DNA of 45,143 nt from Deltaproteobacteria bacterium (lineage in GTDB: Bacteria; Myxococcota; Myxococcia; Myxococcales; 40CM-4-68-19), in NCBI GenBank assembly GCA_041499865.1, contig JBGQLA010000001.1, forward strand, positions 1 to 45,143, in the 5' to 3' direction. How positions within the stretch are numbered: the stretch's first letter is position 1; every line of letters begins with the position of its first letter. The translations under genes were made by a program, and so were the position numbers. Shown one piece after another: positions 1 through 8,768 of this stretch. The notes below the pieces were generated by a model. It ran no database searches, had not been told where the DNA came from, and saw nothing but the letters and a program-made list of their open reading frames with translations.

Positions 1-1962
1 GACGTGCACGCATTGCTCGAAGTGCCGCGCGAGCGGGAAGCTGAGGAACGGCCGCCGCGTGGCCACGAGCTCCATGCAGGTGCTCAGGCCTCCTTGCACG
101 AGCGCGAGATCGCAGCAGGCCAGGTGCTCGAAGAGGTTGTGCACGTAGGGACGCACTTCGAGCCCTTCGAAGCGAGGGAGCTCGTCCGGCGCGAGCCGGG
201 GCCCCGCTACGAGAATCAGGCGCAGCTCGGGCACCTGCCGCTTCATGTGCGGGAAGGCCCGCGCGATCTTCGCCAGCAGATGTCTGCCCACGCCGGTTCC
301 GCCGACCGCGGCGATGGCGACACGTTCGCGGAGGCCGTAGCCGAGGCGCGCGCGCACCTTTTCGGTGTCCGCAAAAGCCGCGGGATCGAACGGCAACGCA
401 TAGCCCGCGTAAGAGAAGTTGCGGTCCGTCCAGGCGCGAATTCGCGGCATCCCGGGTCCGAAGGGATCCTCGGTGACGTCCTCCGGATTGCCGACGAAGA
501 TCGCGGCGTCACGCACGTACGGGAACCGGGCGACGTGTTCGATGTCGTCCGCGTTGCGGTCGGCGCAGAGGAACTTCTCGCGTTCGTCGCCGTCCATCGG
601 CAGGCAGCCGACGAAGTCGGTGAGGAACACGAACGGCTGCCGCTTGAGGTCCGGGTTTTCGTGGAGGTAGTAATCGACGTCCCATGATTCGTCGCCGATG
701 ACGAGGTCATAGTGCTCCTGCTCCAGCAGATCGCTGAATGTCAGGAAATTGTGGACCATGATCTCGTCCATCGTCCGCAGCGCGAAGAACGCGGAGAGAT
801 CGTGCTCCCCGGCGACGTGCTCGAAGTGCCGACTCTCGTTCGCCAGGCGCCTCGCGATCGGGTGCACGCGCTCGCCCTCTTCCGCGAGATAGCCCGCCGC
901 CGGATCGACGGTGAACCAGTCGATCTCGAGATCGGGATGGAGCTTGCGCAGCTCGCGGGCGATCGCCAGGTCGCGCTGCACGTGGCCGAGGCCGATCGGG
1001 CTGGAGATGAAGAGCGCCTTGCGCCGGCGACTCATCGCCCGCACCCAGGTGGAGGTCCGCGGAGCACCGGCGACGAAGTCGCGGACGGATCGATTGAAGA
1101 TCACCGGGTCCCGCACCGAGGTGAGATGGCCGCCGCCGCCGATGGTGAGCAGCTGGGAGCCAGGCACCAGCTTGTGAATCTCCTTGCCGTAGCGATAGGC
1201 CGCGCGCTTGTCGCCGTCGCCATGGATCACCAGGGTCGGGCAGCGGATGCTCCGCGCGAGCTCGCGGACGTCATTGTCGAGCCAGCCCTGGCGGGCCTGC
1301 TCCAGCACCGGGCCGGTCGTCGCCCAGCCGTAGCGCACGCCGTCCTCGAAAGGCTTCGTCGAGTGCGGTTCGGTGAAGACCGATGAAAAGAACCGGTGCA
1401 GGTGTTCCGGCCAGTTGCCGCGCAGACACGCAAGGTCCGCGCGAACCCGCTCGGCCACCTTCGGGTCGTCGACCAGCGACTCGGCGAAGCCCGCCGCGAC
1501 CACGAGGTGCGTGACGCGCTCGGGCTGCTCGGCGGCAATCCGTAAAGCCGTCATCGCGGTGGCAGAGATGCCGATGACCGCCACTTTCTCCACGCCCAGG
1601 GCGTCGAGGACGGCGACGAAGTCTTCGTAGTACGCGTCGAGGCTGTAAGCCGCCTGGTCCCCGGGTCGATCCGAGCGTCCGTTCCCGCGGCAATCCATGG
1701 TGACGACGCGGAAATGGTGCGACAGGTACGGCACGGTCGTCTTCAGCATCTGCGAGTGCACGATCTGGAAGATCGGCGCGAATGCGATCCAGGGGCCGCT
1801 CTCGCCCCAGGCGGCGTACCAGACCTTCACGCCGTCGCGTTCGACATACCCGGTGCGCGCGGGACGCGCGGTTTCGTATGGATACGACTCGCCCGGCAGC
1901 CGTCCGGCCTCGGGCAGCTCGCCGACGATTCGCTGGAAGCTCTGGGGAAACTTCGCATCCAT
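1..1962 (-). CDS. alpha/beta-fold hydrolase fused in frame to a GT-B (MGT/MurG-like, GT1/GT28-type) glycosyltransferase; 3' end runs off the window
   Basis: Absent from the ORF track because the minus-strand frame is open from ATG 1962 to the window edge. Own translation: MDAKFPQSFQ...HFRVVTMDCRGNGRSD...VIGISATAM...GGGGHLTSVRDP (abhydrolase, about 309 aa). This runs without a stop into MSRRRKALFISSPIGLGHVQRD...AAVGGTGVGRHLL...LVQGGLSTCMELV (GT-B). GGAGGA lies 7 nt upstream of the ATG, and the start is 2 nt after the TetR stop. Confidence 0.7.
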   Translation of the reverse strand, partial: MDAKFPQSFQRIVGELPEAGRLPGESYPYETARPARTGYVERDGVKVWYAAWGESGPWIAFAPIFQIVHSQMLKTTVPYLSHHFRVVTMDCRGNGRSDRPGDQAAYSLDAYYEDFVAVLDALGVEKVAVIGISATAMTALRIAAEQPERVTHLVVAAGFAESLVDDPKVAERVRADLACLRGNWPEHLHRFFSSVFTEPHSTKPFEDGVRYGWATTGPVLEQARQGWLDNDVRELARSIRCPTLVIHGDGDKRAAYRYGKEIHKLVPGSQLLTIGGGGHLTSVRDPVIFNRSVRDFVAGAPRTSTWVRAMSRRRKALFISSPIGLGHVQRDLAIARELRKLHPDLEIDWFTVDPAAGYLAEEGERVHPIARRLANESRHFEHVAGEHDLSAFFALRTMDEIMVHNFLTFSDLLEQEHYDLVIGDESWDVDYYLHENPDLKRQPFVFLTDFVGCLPMDGDEREKFLCADRNADDIEHVARFPYVRDAAIFVGNPEDVTEDPFGPGMPRIRAWTDRNFSYAGYALPFDPAAFADTEKVRARLGYGLRERVAIAAVGGTGVGRHLLAKIARAFPHMKRQVPELRLILVAGPRLAPDELPRFEGLEVRPYVHNLFEHLACCDLALVQGGLSTCMELVATRRPFLSFPLARHFEQCVHV

Positions 1963-1964
1963 GC

Positions 1965-2696
1965 TCAGGTCCTCCGCCGCTTTGGAGAGCGTCTGCCGGC
2001 CGCCGCCGTTGGTGCACTTCGCTTGCGCGCCTGCGCGTCGAGCCCTTCGAGCAACTGCTCCATCGCGTCGAGCGCGGCGCGATGGGTGGCCTGTTCCTCG
2101 CGTGCCCCGATCAGGTCGGAGAACTCCATGCCGAGCCAGAATTCCGAGATCCAGGTGGCAATGGCCTCGGCAGTGAACGGCGCGGGCAGCTTGATCCCGC
2201 ACGCTTCTGCGGTGGCCAGCGCGTCGCGGACGCCCCCGAGCACGACCTGTTTCCAGGCACGGATCCGCGGCCGGAACTTCTCGCGCAGCTCCGGGTTCGA
2301 CATGCCCGCCGCCCAGAGCTCGGCCTGCACGCGCACGAAGCCCGAGGCGAGGTCGCTCTCGTAGAAGCGGCGGGCCTGCGCCCACTTCTCCGCAAACCCG
2401 CCGGGGCCGCGGTACATCTGCTGCTGGCGCTCGAGCAGCTGCCGGTTCGCTTCGTCGAGCACGGCGATGACCAGCTGGTCCTTCGTGCGGAAGTGGTAGT
2501 TGATCAGCGCGTGGTTCACGCCCGCGTCCTTGGCGATCTCCCTCGTGCTGAGCGCGGCATAGCCCTGCCGGGCGAGCCGGCGGTAGGCCGCGTCGAGGAT
2601 CTTCGCCTTGGTGGTGCCGAGGTCCGCAGGCGGGAAGAGCTGGGGGCGCTCGGCATCCTCAGGTGTCGCGGCGGTGGTGGGCACGGTGGCGGACAT
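1965..2696 (-). CDS. TetR/AcrR family transcriptional regulator
   Basis: 243-aa ORF with ATG start. The N-terminal HTH AKILDAAYRRLARQGYAALSTREIAKDAGVNHALINYHFRTKDQL is the TetR signature. It is first in an operon with the hydrolase-GT gene and divergent from the dehalogenase. Confidence 0.9.
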   Translation of the reverse strand: MSATVPTTAATPEDAERPQLFPPADLGTTKAKILDAAYRRLARQGYAALSTREIAKDAGVNHALINYHFRTKDQLVIAVLDEANRQLLERQQQMYRGPGGFAEKWAQARRFYESDLASGFVRVQAELWAAGMSNPELREKFRPRIRAWKQVVLGGVRDALATAEACGIKLPAPFTAEAIATWISEFWLGMEFSDLIGAREEQATHRAALDAMEQLLEGLDAQARKRSAPTAAAGRRSPKRRRT

Positions 2697-2713
2697 CTCC
2701 CTGGTCAGTTTCC

Positions 2714-2742
2714 TTGAGCGACTGGTTTAACCGACTGTTCAA
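2714..2742. promoter_or_regulatory. candidate TetR operator (imperfect 29-bp palindrome)
   Basis: TTGAGCGACTGGTTTAACCGACTGTTCAA: central GGTT-T-AACC is perfect and the outer TTGA/TCAA arms match. It sits in the AT-richer spacer between the divergent TetR and dehalogenase genes. Purely sequence-based. Confidence 0.35.
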
Positions 2743-2828
2743 CTCTAAGCCGGTCGAAGGGCCGCGTCAAGTGCGAAGCGCAACGGCACGTGGCAAGCTC
2801 CCTGCGGCGCGCGTCCCCGAGGTGTGAG

Positions 2829-3695
2829 GTGTTCGAAGGCTTCGAGAAGACCACTGTCCAGACCACAGGGGCCGTGATCAACCTGGTGCGCGCCGGCGAG
2901 GGCCCGCCGCTTCTGCTCCTGCACGGGTACCCGCAGACGCTCGCGATGTGGCACCGGGTGGCGCCCCGGCTCACCCGGCACTTCACGGTCATCGCCGCCG
3001 ACTTGCGGGGATACGGCTCGAGCAGCAAGCCCGAGGGCGGCGCGGACCATGCCGGCTACTCGAAGCGCGCCATGGCGCAGGACCAGGTCGAGATGATGCG
3101 GCGGCTGGGATTCGAGGAGTTCTTCCTCGCGGGCCACGACCGCGGGGGACGCGTCGGCCATCGCATGGCGCTCGATCATCCGGGGCGCGTGAAGAAGCTG
3201 GCGGTCCTCGATATCGTGCCCACGAGGACCATGTTCGCGCAGGTCGACCAGTATCTCGCTACCGTCTACTACCACTGGTTCTTCCTCATCCAGCCCTTCG
3301 ACCTGCCCGAGCGGATGATCGGAGCGGATCCGGAGTTCTTCCTGCGCAACTTCTTCTCGCGCCTCGCCGCGGGTGCGCTCGCGCCCGAGGCAGTCGCCGA
3401 GTACCTGCGGGCGTTCCGCGATCCCGCGGTAATCCACGCGACCTGCGAGGACTACCGCGCGGCGGCGAGCATCGATCTCGAGCAGGATGCCGCCGACCTG
3501 GCGACGAAAGTGGCCTGCCCGCTGCTCGCGCTCTGGGGCGCGAAGGGCCGCATCGCGCAAGGCTTCGACGTGCTGGCCACATGGCGCGAGCGCGCGACCG
3601 ACGTCCGCGGGCGCGCCCTGCCCTGCGGGCACTACCTGCCGGAAGAGGCTCCGGAGGAGACGCTGCAGGAGCTGCTCGCCTTTTTCCGCAGTTGA
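2829..3695 (+). CDS. haloacetate (fluoroacetate) dehalogenase-like alpha/beta hydrolase
   Basis: ORF track gives 2790..3695 (GTG). I prefer GTG 2829 (GAGG 6 nt upstream) because homologues recalled from memory start at FEGFE. Motifs: LLLLHGYPQT, GHDRGGRVGHRM (nucleophile Asp plus two Arg), LAVLDIVP, YYHWFF, CEDYRAAA, CGHYLPEE. Confidence 0.85.
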   Translation: MFEGFEKTTVQTTGAVINLVRAGEGPPLLLLHGYPQTLAMWHRVAPRLTRHFTVIAADLRGYGSSSKPEGGADHAGYSKRAMAQDQVEMMRRLGFEEFFLAGHDRGGRVGHRMALDHPGRVKKLAVLDIVPTRTMFAQVDQYLATVYYHWFFLIQPFDLPERMIGADPEFFLRNFFSRLAAGALAPEAVAEYLRAFRDPAVIHATCEDYRAAASIDLEQDAADLATKVACPLLALWGAKGRIAQGFDVLATWRERATDVRGRALPCGHYLPEEAPEETLQELLAFFRS

Positions 3696-3726
3696 AGGAT
3701 CGCGCCGGACGACTGGCGGCGTTGTC

Positions 3727-4580
3727 CTAAAAGAGGTTCGATCCTTGCACCACGAAAAACGCATCCGAGAACACTGCGGCATGAGTGCCCGGCGCATTCT
3801 GTACGCCGGAGATCGCGACTCGATTGTGGTCGCCGACGCTCACGGAAATAGCCTCGTTCCCTCGGTCGGCGGGCCCTGCAGGAAGCACGATGCGCTTCTC
3901 GACATCGCCGTGTGAGTCGAGCACCAGCGCCAGCGGATCCCTCGCGTCGCTGACGCTCAGCCCAGCCGGGTTTTGCGTGTAGTTGGTGAACCCACCGCCA
4001 ACAGCCTTCCATCGCCCAAGGCCGCAACGTCCCAGAACATGTCGCCGCTCTGGACGTCGACGTTGCGTTCATGGTTGACCTGACCGGTGTCTGCCTGCGC
4101 CGACAGGATCCAGCCATCCCAGCTTCCGGGCTGAGCGCCGGTCTTGATGCGCCCGACGAGAGTGATCGAGTCGTCCGCGATCCGCATGTTGAGCAGGCGC
4201 TTGTTCCTGCCTGTAGTTCCCATCAACCTGGCGGCGGTCGGGAAGCCCTGCGGGGCGATCTTCGTCACGATCGCGGTACCGAAATCGAAGTTCGCCGGAT
4301 CAGCCTGCGACATCAGGTCGTCGCCGAAGAAGGCGTCATGGCTGGGGAGCACGTCCGCCGTGCTGGCCACGCTCACATACAGGTTTTCCTCTCCGTCCAC
4401 GTCGGCATACACAAAGGAAGCGCTGTCTCCCTGGTGAAAGTTGTCGAAGCCTCCCCCGATGATCCCGAGAAACAGCAGAGGCGCTGCCGCTTCCACCCAG
4501 GTGGCCCACTTCTGCTCCCAACTCCCTCCGGAGAGTGCGAGCCGGTAAGCCTGCACGGAGTTGTTCGCCCAGCGGACCAC
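3727..4580 (-). pseudogene. beta-propeller/delta-60-repeat-like protein, apparently frameshifted
   Basis: ORFs 3957..4580 and 3727..3924 (both minus) read as one protein after a 1-nt shift near 3985-4000: ...AALGDGRLLAVG|GFTNYTQNPAGLSVSDARDPLALVLDSHGDVEKRIVL... The unit DGRLLAVGGFTN resembles delta-60-type repeats. No signal peptide and no convincing N-terminus (GTG 4580). Confidence 0.4.
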
Positions 4581-4613
4581 CGCAAAGAGGTCAACTCCGG
4601 CCTGGGGGACTGT

Positions 4614-6992
4614 TTACCCAGGAAGGCCGACCTGATGCTGCAAGTGCTGAAATCGCGGATCAGAGCGAAGAGGGTCGAGTCTGGGCTCCCACTTCAAATA
4701 AATGAGGAAACAGGAACGCTCTTCATACGCCCTCTGAAGCCACTCGAAGGCCTTTTCTTTATCGCCCAGGGCTGTGTGGATCAGTGCGATATCGAAAGGC
4801 GAAACGTATACGTGCTGTGAGGGCTTCTCCAAGCTGGCGAGGATTCCCAACGCTTCTTCCCGTTGACCGGCCGCGGCGAAAGCGTGGCCCAGGGCCGCGC
4901 GCGAGAAGGAGTTCCCACCCGAGAGAGTGACCGCCTTCTGGAACTCCGAGATGGCCTCCTGGAACTTTCCCAGCTGCTCGTAGTCCCATCCCAGGATGAT
5001 GTGGGTCCAGTCAAGATTCGGATCTGTCTGCACGCTTTTCAGGGCTTGCTCCATCGACACATGGTATTCGCGCGCGGAGTAGCGATGCCAACAAACGCAA
5101 GCCGTCAGGATCGTATCCATTGGGTCGAGCTGGATGGCGCGTTTGCTCTCACTGACTGATTCTTCCATCCGACCCATTGTCATCAGGAAGTGAGAATACT
5201 CATGGCGGATATCCGCCTGGTTCGGATTGAGTTGAAGAGCGCGTTTGAACTCCCTTTCGGCCTCAGCCCAATCCCAGTCGTAGTGAAGGTGCACGAGTGC
5301 CAGCACGCCGTGAGCCTCGGGAAACGCCTCGTCTATCTGCAAAGCCTTGGTGGCGGCATCCCTCATCTTCGGAAACGCCACATTGGGAGGAAGCAGGTTG
5401 AAAAAAGCCTGGAAATAATACGAAGTCGCCAGCTTCACGTAGGGCGGAGCATAGCCCGGATCCAGTTTGATCGCCTGGGTGAAATAGTCATTGGCCTTCT
5501 GTAGATCGCCGCTGTCCAGATGTGAGCTTCCTCTCAAATACGCCTCGTAGGCGTCAGGACTGACGACTCGAGTTGCCGATGCCGACACGTGCATCTGCTG
5601 CTGCGAGCTCAACTTGCTGCCCACTTCCTTTGAAATCGCCTGCGCAACCTCATTCTCCAGGGACAGCACCTCGCGCAGCTCGCGTTCGTAACTTCTGGTC
5701 CACAGACGCCGATCCGTGGGCGCATGAATGAGCTGCGCGGTAATGCGCACCCGGTCACCGGAGCGCTGCACGGAGCCTTCCACCACTGCGTCGACATTCA
5801 ACTCTCGAGCAATCTGTGGAAGCGGCTTTTTCGTTCCCTTATATTGCATCACTGACGTTCGTGAAATCACCCGCAGTGGGCTGATTTGGGCCAGCTCGGT
5901 GGTCAATTCCTCGGTCATGCCGTCGGCGAGGTATTCCTGCGCCGGATCGCCGGAGAGGTTTTGTAGAGGCAGCACCGCGAGCGATTCGATGGGCAGCTCG
6001 GTCCTGGTGGGAAGCATTCGCTTCATGAACAGCGTCGCGCCCGCCAGAAGCGCGACCGCCAGCGCGATGAACAAGCTGGAGTTGCGGGGCAGGCGCCGGC
6101 GTGGACGCCCATCGTGCTCGCGCAACTCGCGCAGCAGGGCACGCGCATTTTCGTATCGCTCGGCGGGATCCTTGCGCAGGCAGCATGCGACCAGATGCGC
6201 AAGCCCGGCCGGCGTGCCCGCGGGAAGCGGTGGAGGCGCCTCGTTCACGATGGCCCACGCGGTCGCCACGTCGGTGTCGCGCCGGAAGGGCGGGGACCCG
6301 GCGAGCATCTCGTGCAGGACGGCGCCAAAGGAAAAAATGTCGGAGCGCTGATCGGCCGGCAGTCCGCGCACCTGCTCGGGCGACATGTACGAAATCGTCC
6401 CCAGGATTGCCCCCGTCTCGGTGCGGAAGCCGCCGGCAGCATCCGCCGCGCTGCGGGTCAGCTTGGCCAACCCGAAATCGAGGATCTTGAGGCGCCCCTC
6501 GTTGGTGAGAAAAAGGTTCTCGGGCTTCAGGTCACGATGGACCACGCCGTGATCGTGGGCGGTTGCCAGGCCCTCGGCGAGTTGCAGCCCCAGGTCCAGC
6601 GCTTCGGCAGGCGCGAGCGGCCCTTCCGCCAGCACTGCCCGTACCGTCTCCCCATCCAGCAACTCGGAGACGATGTAGGGCTCGCCGGCCTGTTCGCCGA
6701 CGTCATAGACGGCGAGGATGTTGGGATGGTTCAATGCGCTGGCCGCGCGCGCCTCCTGCTCGAACCGGCGGAGCTGGGCTTCGCTGTGCGCGCCGGGGGT
6801 CAGGATTTTGAGCGCAACACGCCGTCCGAGCTTCGTGTCCCGTGCGCGCAGTACCCGGCCCATGCCACCGCGGCCCAACTCGGCCTCCACCTCGTAGCGA
6901 CCGCCGTAGAGCTGCGTTCCCGGCGCCGCAGCGGACCGTTCGTCCTCTGCGAGCGTGGGCCTGCCCGGCGCCGGAGGATCGCGCTTCGGCAT
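4614..6992 (-). CDS. Ser/Thr protein kinase with transmembrane segment, TolB-like periplasmic module and C-terminal TPR repeats
   Basis: Hanks motifs [40 protein letters not shown] segment [16 protein letters not shown], then [14 protein letters not shown]...[12 protein letters not shown], then TPR repeats. ATG 6992 (GGAG 5 nt upstream) is preferred over TTG 7037 from the ORF track. Confidence 0.9.
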   Translation of the reverse strand: MPKRDPPAPGRPTLAEDERSAAAPGTQLYGGRYEVEAELGRGGMGRVLRARDTKLGRRVALKILTPGAHSEAQLRRFEQEARAASALNHPNILAVYDVGEQAGEPYIVSELLDGETVRAVLAEGPLAPAEALDLGLQLAEGLATAHDHGVVHRDLKPENLFLTNEGRLKILDFGLAKLTRSAADAAGGFRTETGAILGTISYMSPEQVRGLPADQRSDIFSFGAVLHEMLAGSPPFRRDTDVATAWAIVNEAPPPLPAGTPAGLAHLVACCLRKDPAERYENARALLRELREHDGRPRRRLPRNSSLFIALAVALLAGATLFMKRMLPTRTELPIESLAVLPLQNLSGDPAQEYLADGMTEELTTELAQISPLRVISRTSVMQYKGTKKPLPQIARELNVDAVVEGSVQRSGDRVRITAQLIHAPTDRRLWTRSYERELREVLSLENEVAQAISKEVGSKLSSQQQMHVSASATRVVSPDAYEAYLRGSSHLDSGDLQKANDYFTQAIKLDPGYAPPYVKLATSYYFQAFFNLLPPNVAFPKMRDAATKALQIDEAFPEAHGVLALVHLHYDWDWAEAEREFKRALQLNPNQADIRHEYSHFLMTMGRMEESVSESKRAIQLDPMDTILTACVCWHRYSAREYHVSMEQALKSVQTDPNLDWTHIILGWDYEQLGKFQEAISEFQKAVTLSGGNSFSRAALGHAFAAAGQREEALGILASLEKPSQHVYVSPFDIALIHTALGDKEKAFEWLQRAYEERSCFLIYLKWEPRLDPLRSDPRFQHLQHQVGLPG

Positions 6993-7176
6993 GCACTCTC
7001 CGGGACCACCGTGCGCCAAGCGAACGAGGAGCGTCAAGATGCTCAGGATGCTCCCGCGTCACGCGCCTTCCTTAAGCTGTGTCCTGAGACGGAACGGATC
7101 GCTGGACGCTTCTTCGCGTGCAGACCCCAGGTGTGACGCCGTGCCTCCGCGAGGTACTCGCCTGCGCGCGTCGTCT

Positions 7177-7524
7177 TGGGACCTGGGCTGGAGCAACCAG
7201 TGGGTCTTCAAGTTCGGCGCCCAGATTGTGCCGATCGAGAAGCTGAAGATCCGCGCGGGCTACAACTACGGCAAGATGCCCCTCGACGCGCATTGCGCAT
7301 TCGAGAGCCTCGCCTTCCCGGCCGTTTCAGAGCACCACTTCAGCCTCGGCGCAGGCTACGACTTCGGGCGGCTGACCCTGAACGCGGGCGTCACGTATTC
7401 ACCGAAAGCGACCCTCTCCGGCTCGAATGCCGACTACCCCGCCAACGGCGGACAGGCAATCCAGTCGTACACCACCTCGATGTCGCAGGTCGCGCTCGAC
7501 GCCGGTTTGAGTTGGCGCTTGTAG
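7177..7524 (+). pseudogene. C-terminal remnant of an OMPP1/FadL/TodX-family outer-membrane transporter
   Basis: Only the last ~115 codons of ORF 6955..7524 look real: WDLGWSNQWVFKFGAQ...LKIRAGYNYGKMPL...HFSLGAGYDF...LDAGLSWRL, a typical FadL C-terminal beta-strand region. The ~300 upstream residues are missing, because the kinase gene start occupies that space. Confidence 0.55.
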
Positions 7525-7550
7525 TGTCAGCGCACGTACGGGTGTCAGAC

Positions 7551-7584
7551 GGTCGAGATCGGGCGCATGCGCCGGGTCTCGACC
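7551..7584. repeat. 34-nt near-perfect palindrome / hairpin downstream of the FadL remnant
   Basis: GGTCGAGATCGGGCGCATGCGCCGGGTCTCGACC: outer arms of 8 bp are perfect and the inner GGCGCATGCGCC is a perfect palindrome. It starts 27 nt after the stop at 7524. No U-tract. Confidence 0.5.
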
Positions 7585-7699
7585 GCCTTCAGACGTCGGG
7601 CCCAGTCCTCGCAATGGCCAGGGCAGACGGCCGATCGCAGGCAGCCATCCAGATGAGCGCAACTCGCCGAGGGGGCTGGCCTCGGCTAGGCTACGGAGC

Positions 7700-8353
7700 G
7701 TGCTTGCCCAACCACCTCGCGCTCTGGCCCGAGCGGCGATCTCCTGCGCAATCGCCATCGCGACTGGCGTCGCGCTCCTCGTCGGACCGCGGTTGTCCTG
7801 GAAATTTGCCGCACTCACCGCCTGGGAAGCCGGGGGGTTCTCACTGCTCCTGCTCGCCTGGTTTACGATCGTGATCTGCTCTGCCGAATCTACCCAGACG
7901 AGGGCCGCGGCCGAAGACCCGGGCAGGACCGCTGTTTACGCACTCGTGCTCCTCACCTCAGGTTCGAGCCTCCTCGCCACCACGGCGTTGGTACACCGCG
8001 CCAGATTGCTCCCCGGGAGGATGGGAGACGCGCTCGTCGGTCTCAGCCTCGCAAACGTTGCCCTTTGCTGGGCGTTGACCCACACCGCGTTCACGCTGCG
8101 TTACGCCCATCTCTACTACCGGCGTGACGAGGAGGGTGTGGGAGGAGTGGAGTTTGCCGGCGGAGCGCAGCCAAGCTACTTCGACTTTGCCTATCTCGCC
8201 TTTACGATCGGGATGTGCTTTCAGGTCTCGGACACGACTGTGTCCAGTCCGCGGATTCGCCGAACCGTGCTGCTGCATGCCATCTTGTCCTTCGTCTACA
8301 ACACCGCGATCCTCGCGTTCGTGCTCAACCTGGTGTTCGGATTCGCCGGCTAG
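7700..8353 (+). CDS. DUF1345 family membrane protein
   Basis: 217-aa ORF (GTG start) with multiple TM helices. The conserved core HTAFTLRYAHLYY...GGVEF....PSYFDFAYLAFTIGMCFQVSD is characteristic of DUF1345. Confidence 0.8.
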   Translation: MLAQPPRALARAAISCAIAIATGVALLVGPRLSWKFAALTAWEAGGFSLLLLAWFTIVICSAESTQTRAAAEDPGRTAVYALVLLTSGSSLLATTALVHRARLLPGRMGDALVGLSLANVALCWALTHTAFTLRYAHLYYRRDEEGVGGVEFAGGAQPSYFDFAYLAFTIGMCFQVSDTTVSSPRIRRTVLLHAILSFVYNTAILAFVLNLVFGFAG

Positions 8354-8381
8354 GACTTGGGCCGCCGGGGCATCACGGGCG

Positions 8382-8406
8382 GGAGCTGGCGGGCCAGGCC
8401 AGCTCC
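8382..8406. terminator. hairpin between convergent genes (possible bidirectional terminator)
   Basis: Perfect 9-bp stem GGAGCTGGC / GCCAGCTCC with a 7-nt loop, between the DUF1345 stop (8353) and the esterase remnant stop (8422). No U-tract. Confidence 0.35.
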
Positions 8407-8421
8407 TCGCCGTGCAGGCCC

Positions 8422-8658
8422 CTAGCGGTCGTCCCGATCGCCATCTCCATCCGACCTTGGCGCGACCGAATCCCAGAATGCACAGTTGTGCGCCAGGGCG
8501 ATCCGGGCCAGCAGCGTTGCCTGACTGTCGCCGCCGGCATTCAGCGACAGGACCTGGCCGGTGGTGCCAGACATCTCGAACTTGAATTGCGGCCAGATCG
8601 GCGTCCCGTCGCCGGTCGGATTCCCGGTGCGCGCGAACGTCGTCACGAAGGCCAGTTC
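8422..8658 (-). pseudogene. C-terminal remnant of a type-B carboxylesterase
   Basis: ELAFVTTFARTGNPTGDGTPIWPQF... matches the conserved C-terminal 'FA.tGnP....WP.y' region of carboxylesterases. An in-frame TAG at 8659-8661 cuts it off, and nothing esterase-like lies upstream in any frame. Confidence 0.5.
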
Positions 8659-8768
8659 CTAGCCCCCGCACGCCCTTCCTGGTGGTTGATGAAGCGAGTA
8701 AGAAGCACGGGTGACAGAACTGCGCTTGTCCGTTTCTTCCGCGTGGCGACACGACGAGGGCCCAACGC

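Noticed and set aside
4581-4616. Kinase stop codon (TAA 4614-4616) is in the same frame as the downstream ORF 3957..4580, suggesting possible read-through or a nonsense-split gene
   Set aside because: The kinase ends with a typical family C-terminus (...[15 protein letters not shown]). The downstream protein is unrelated in type. A shared frame has a one-in-three chance expectation.
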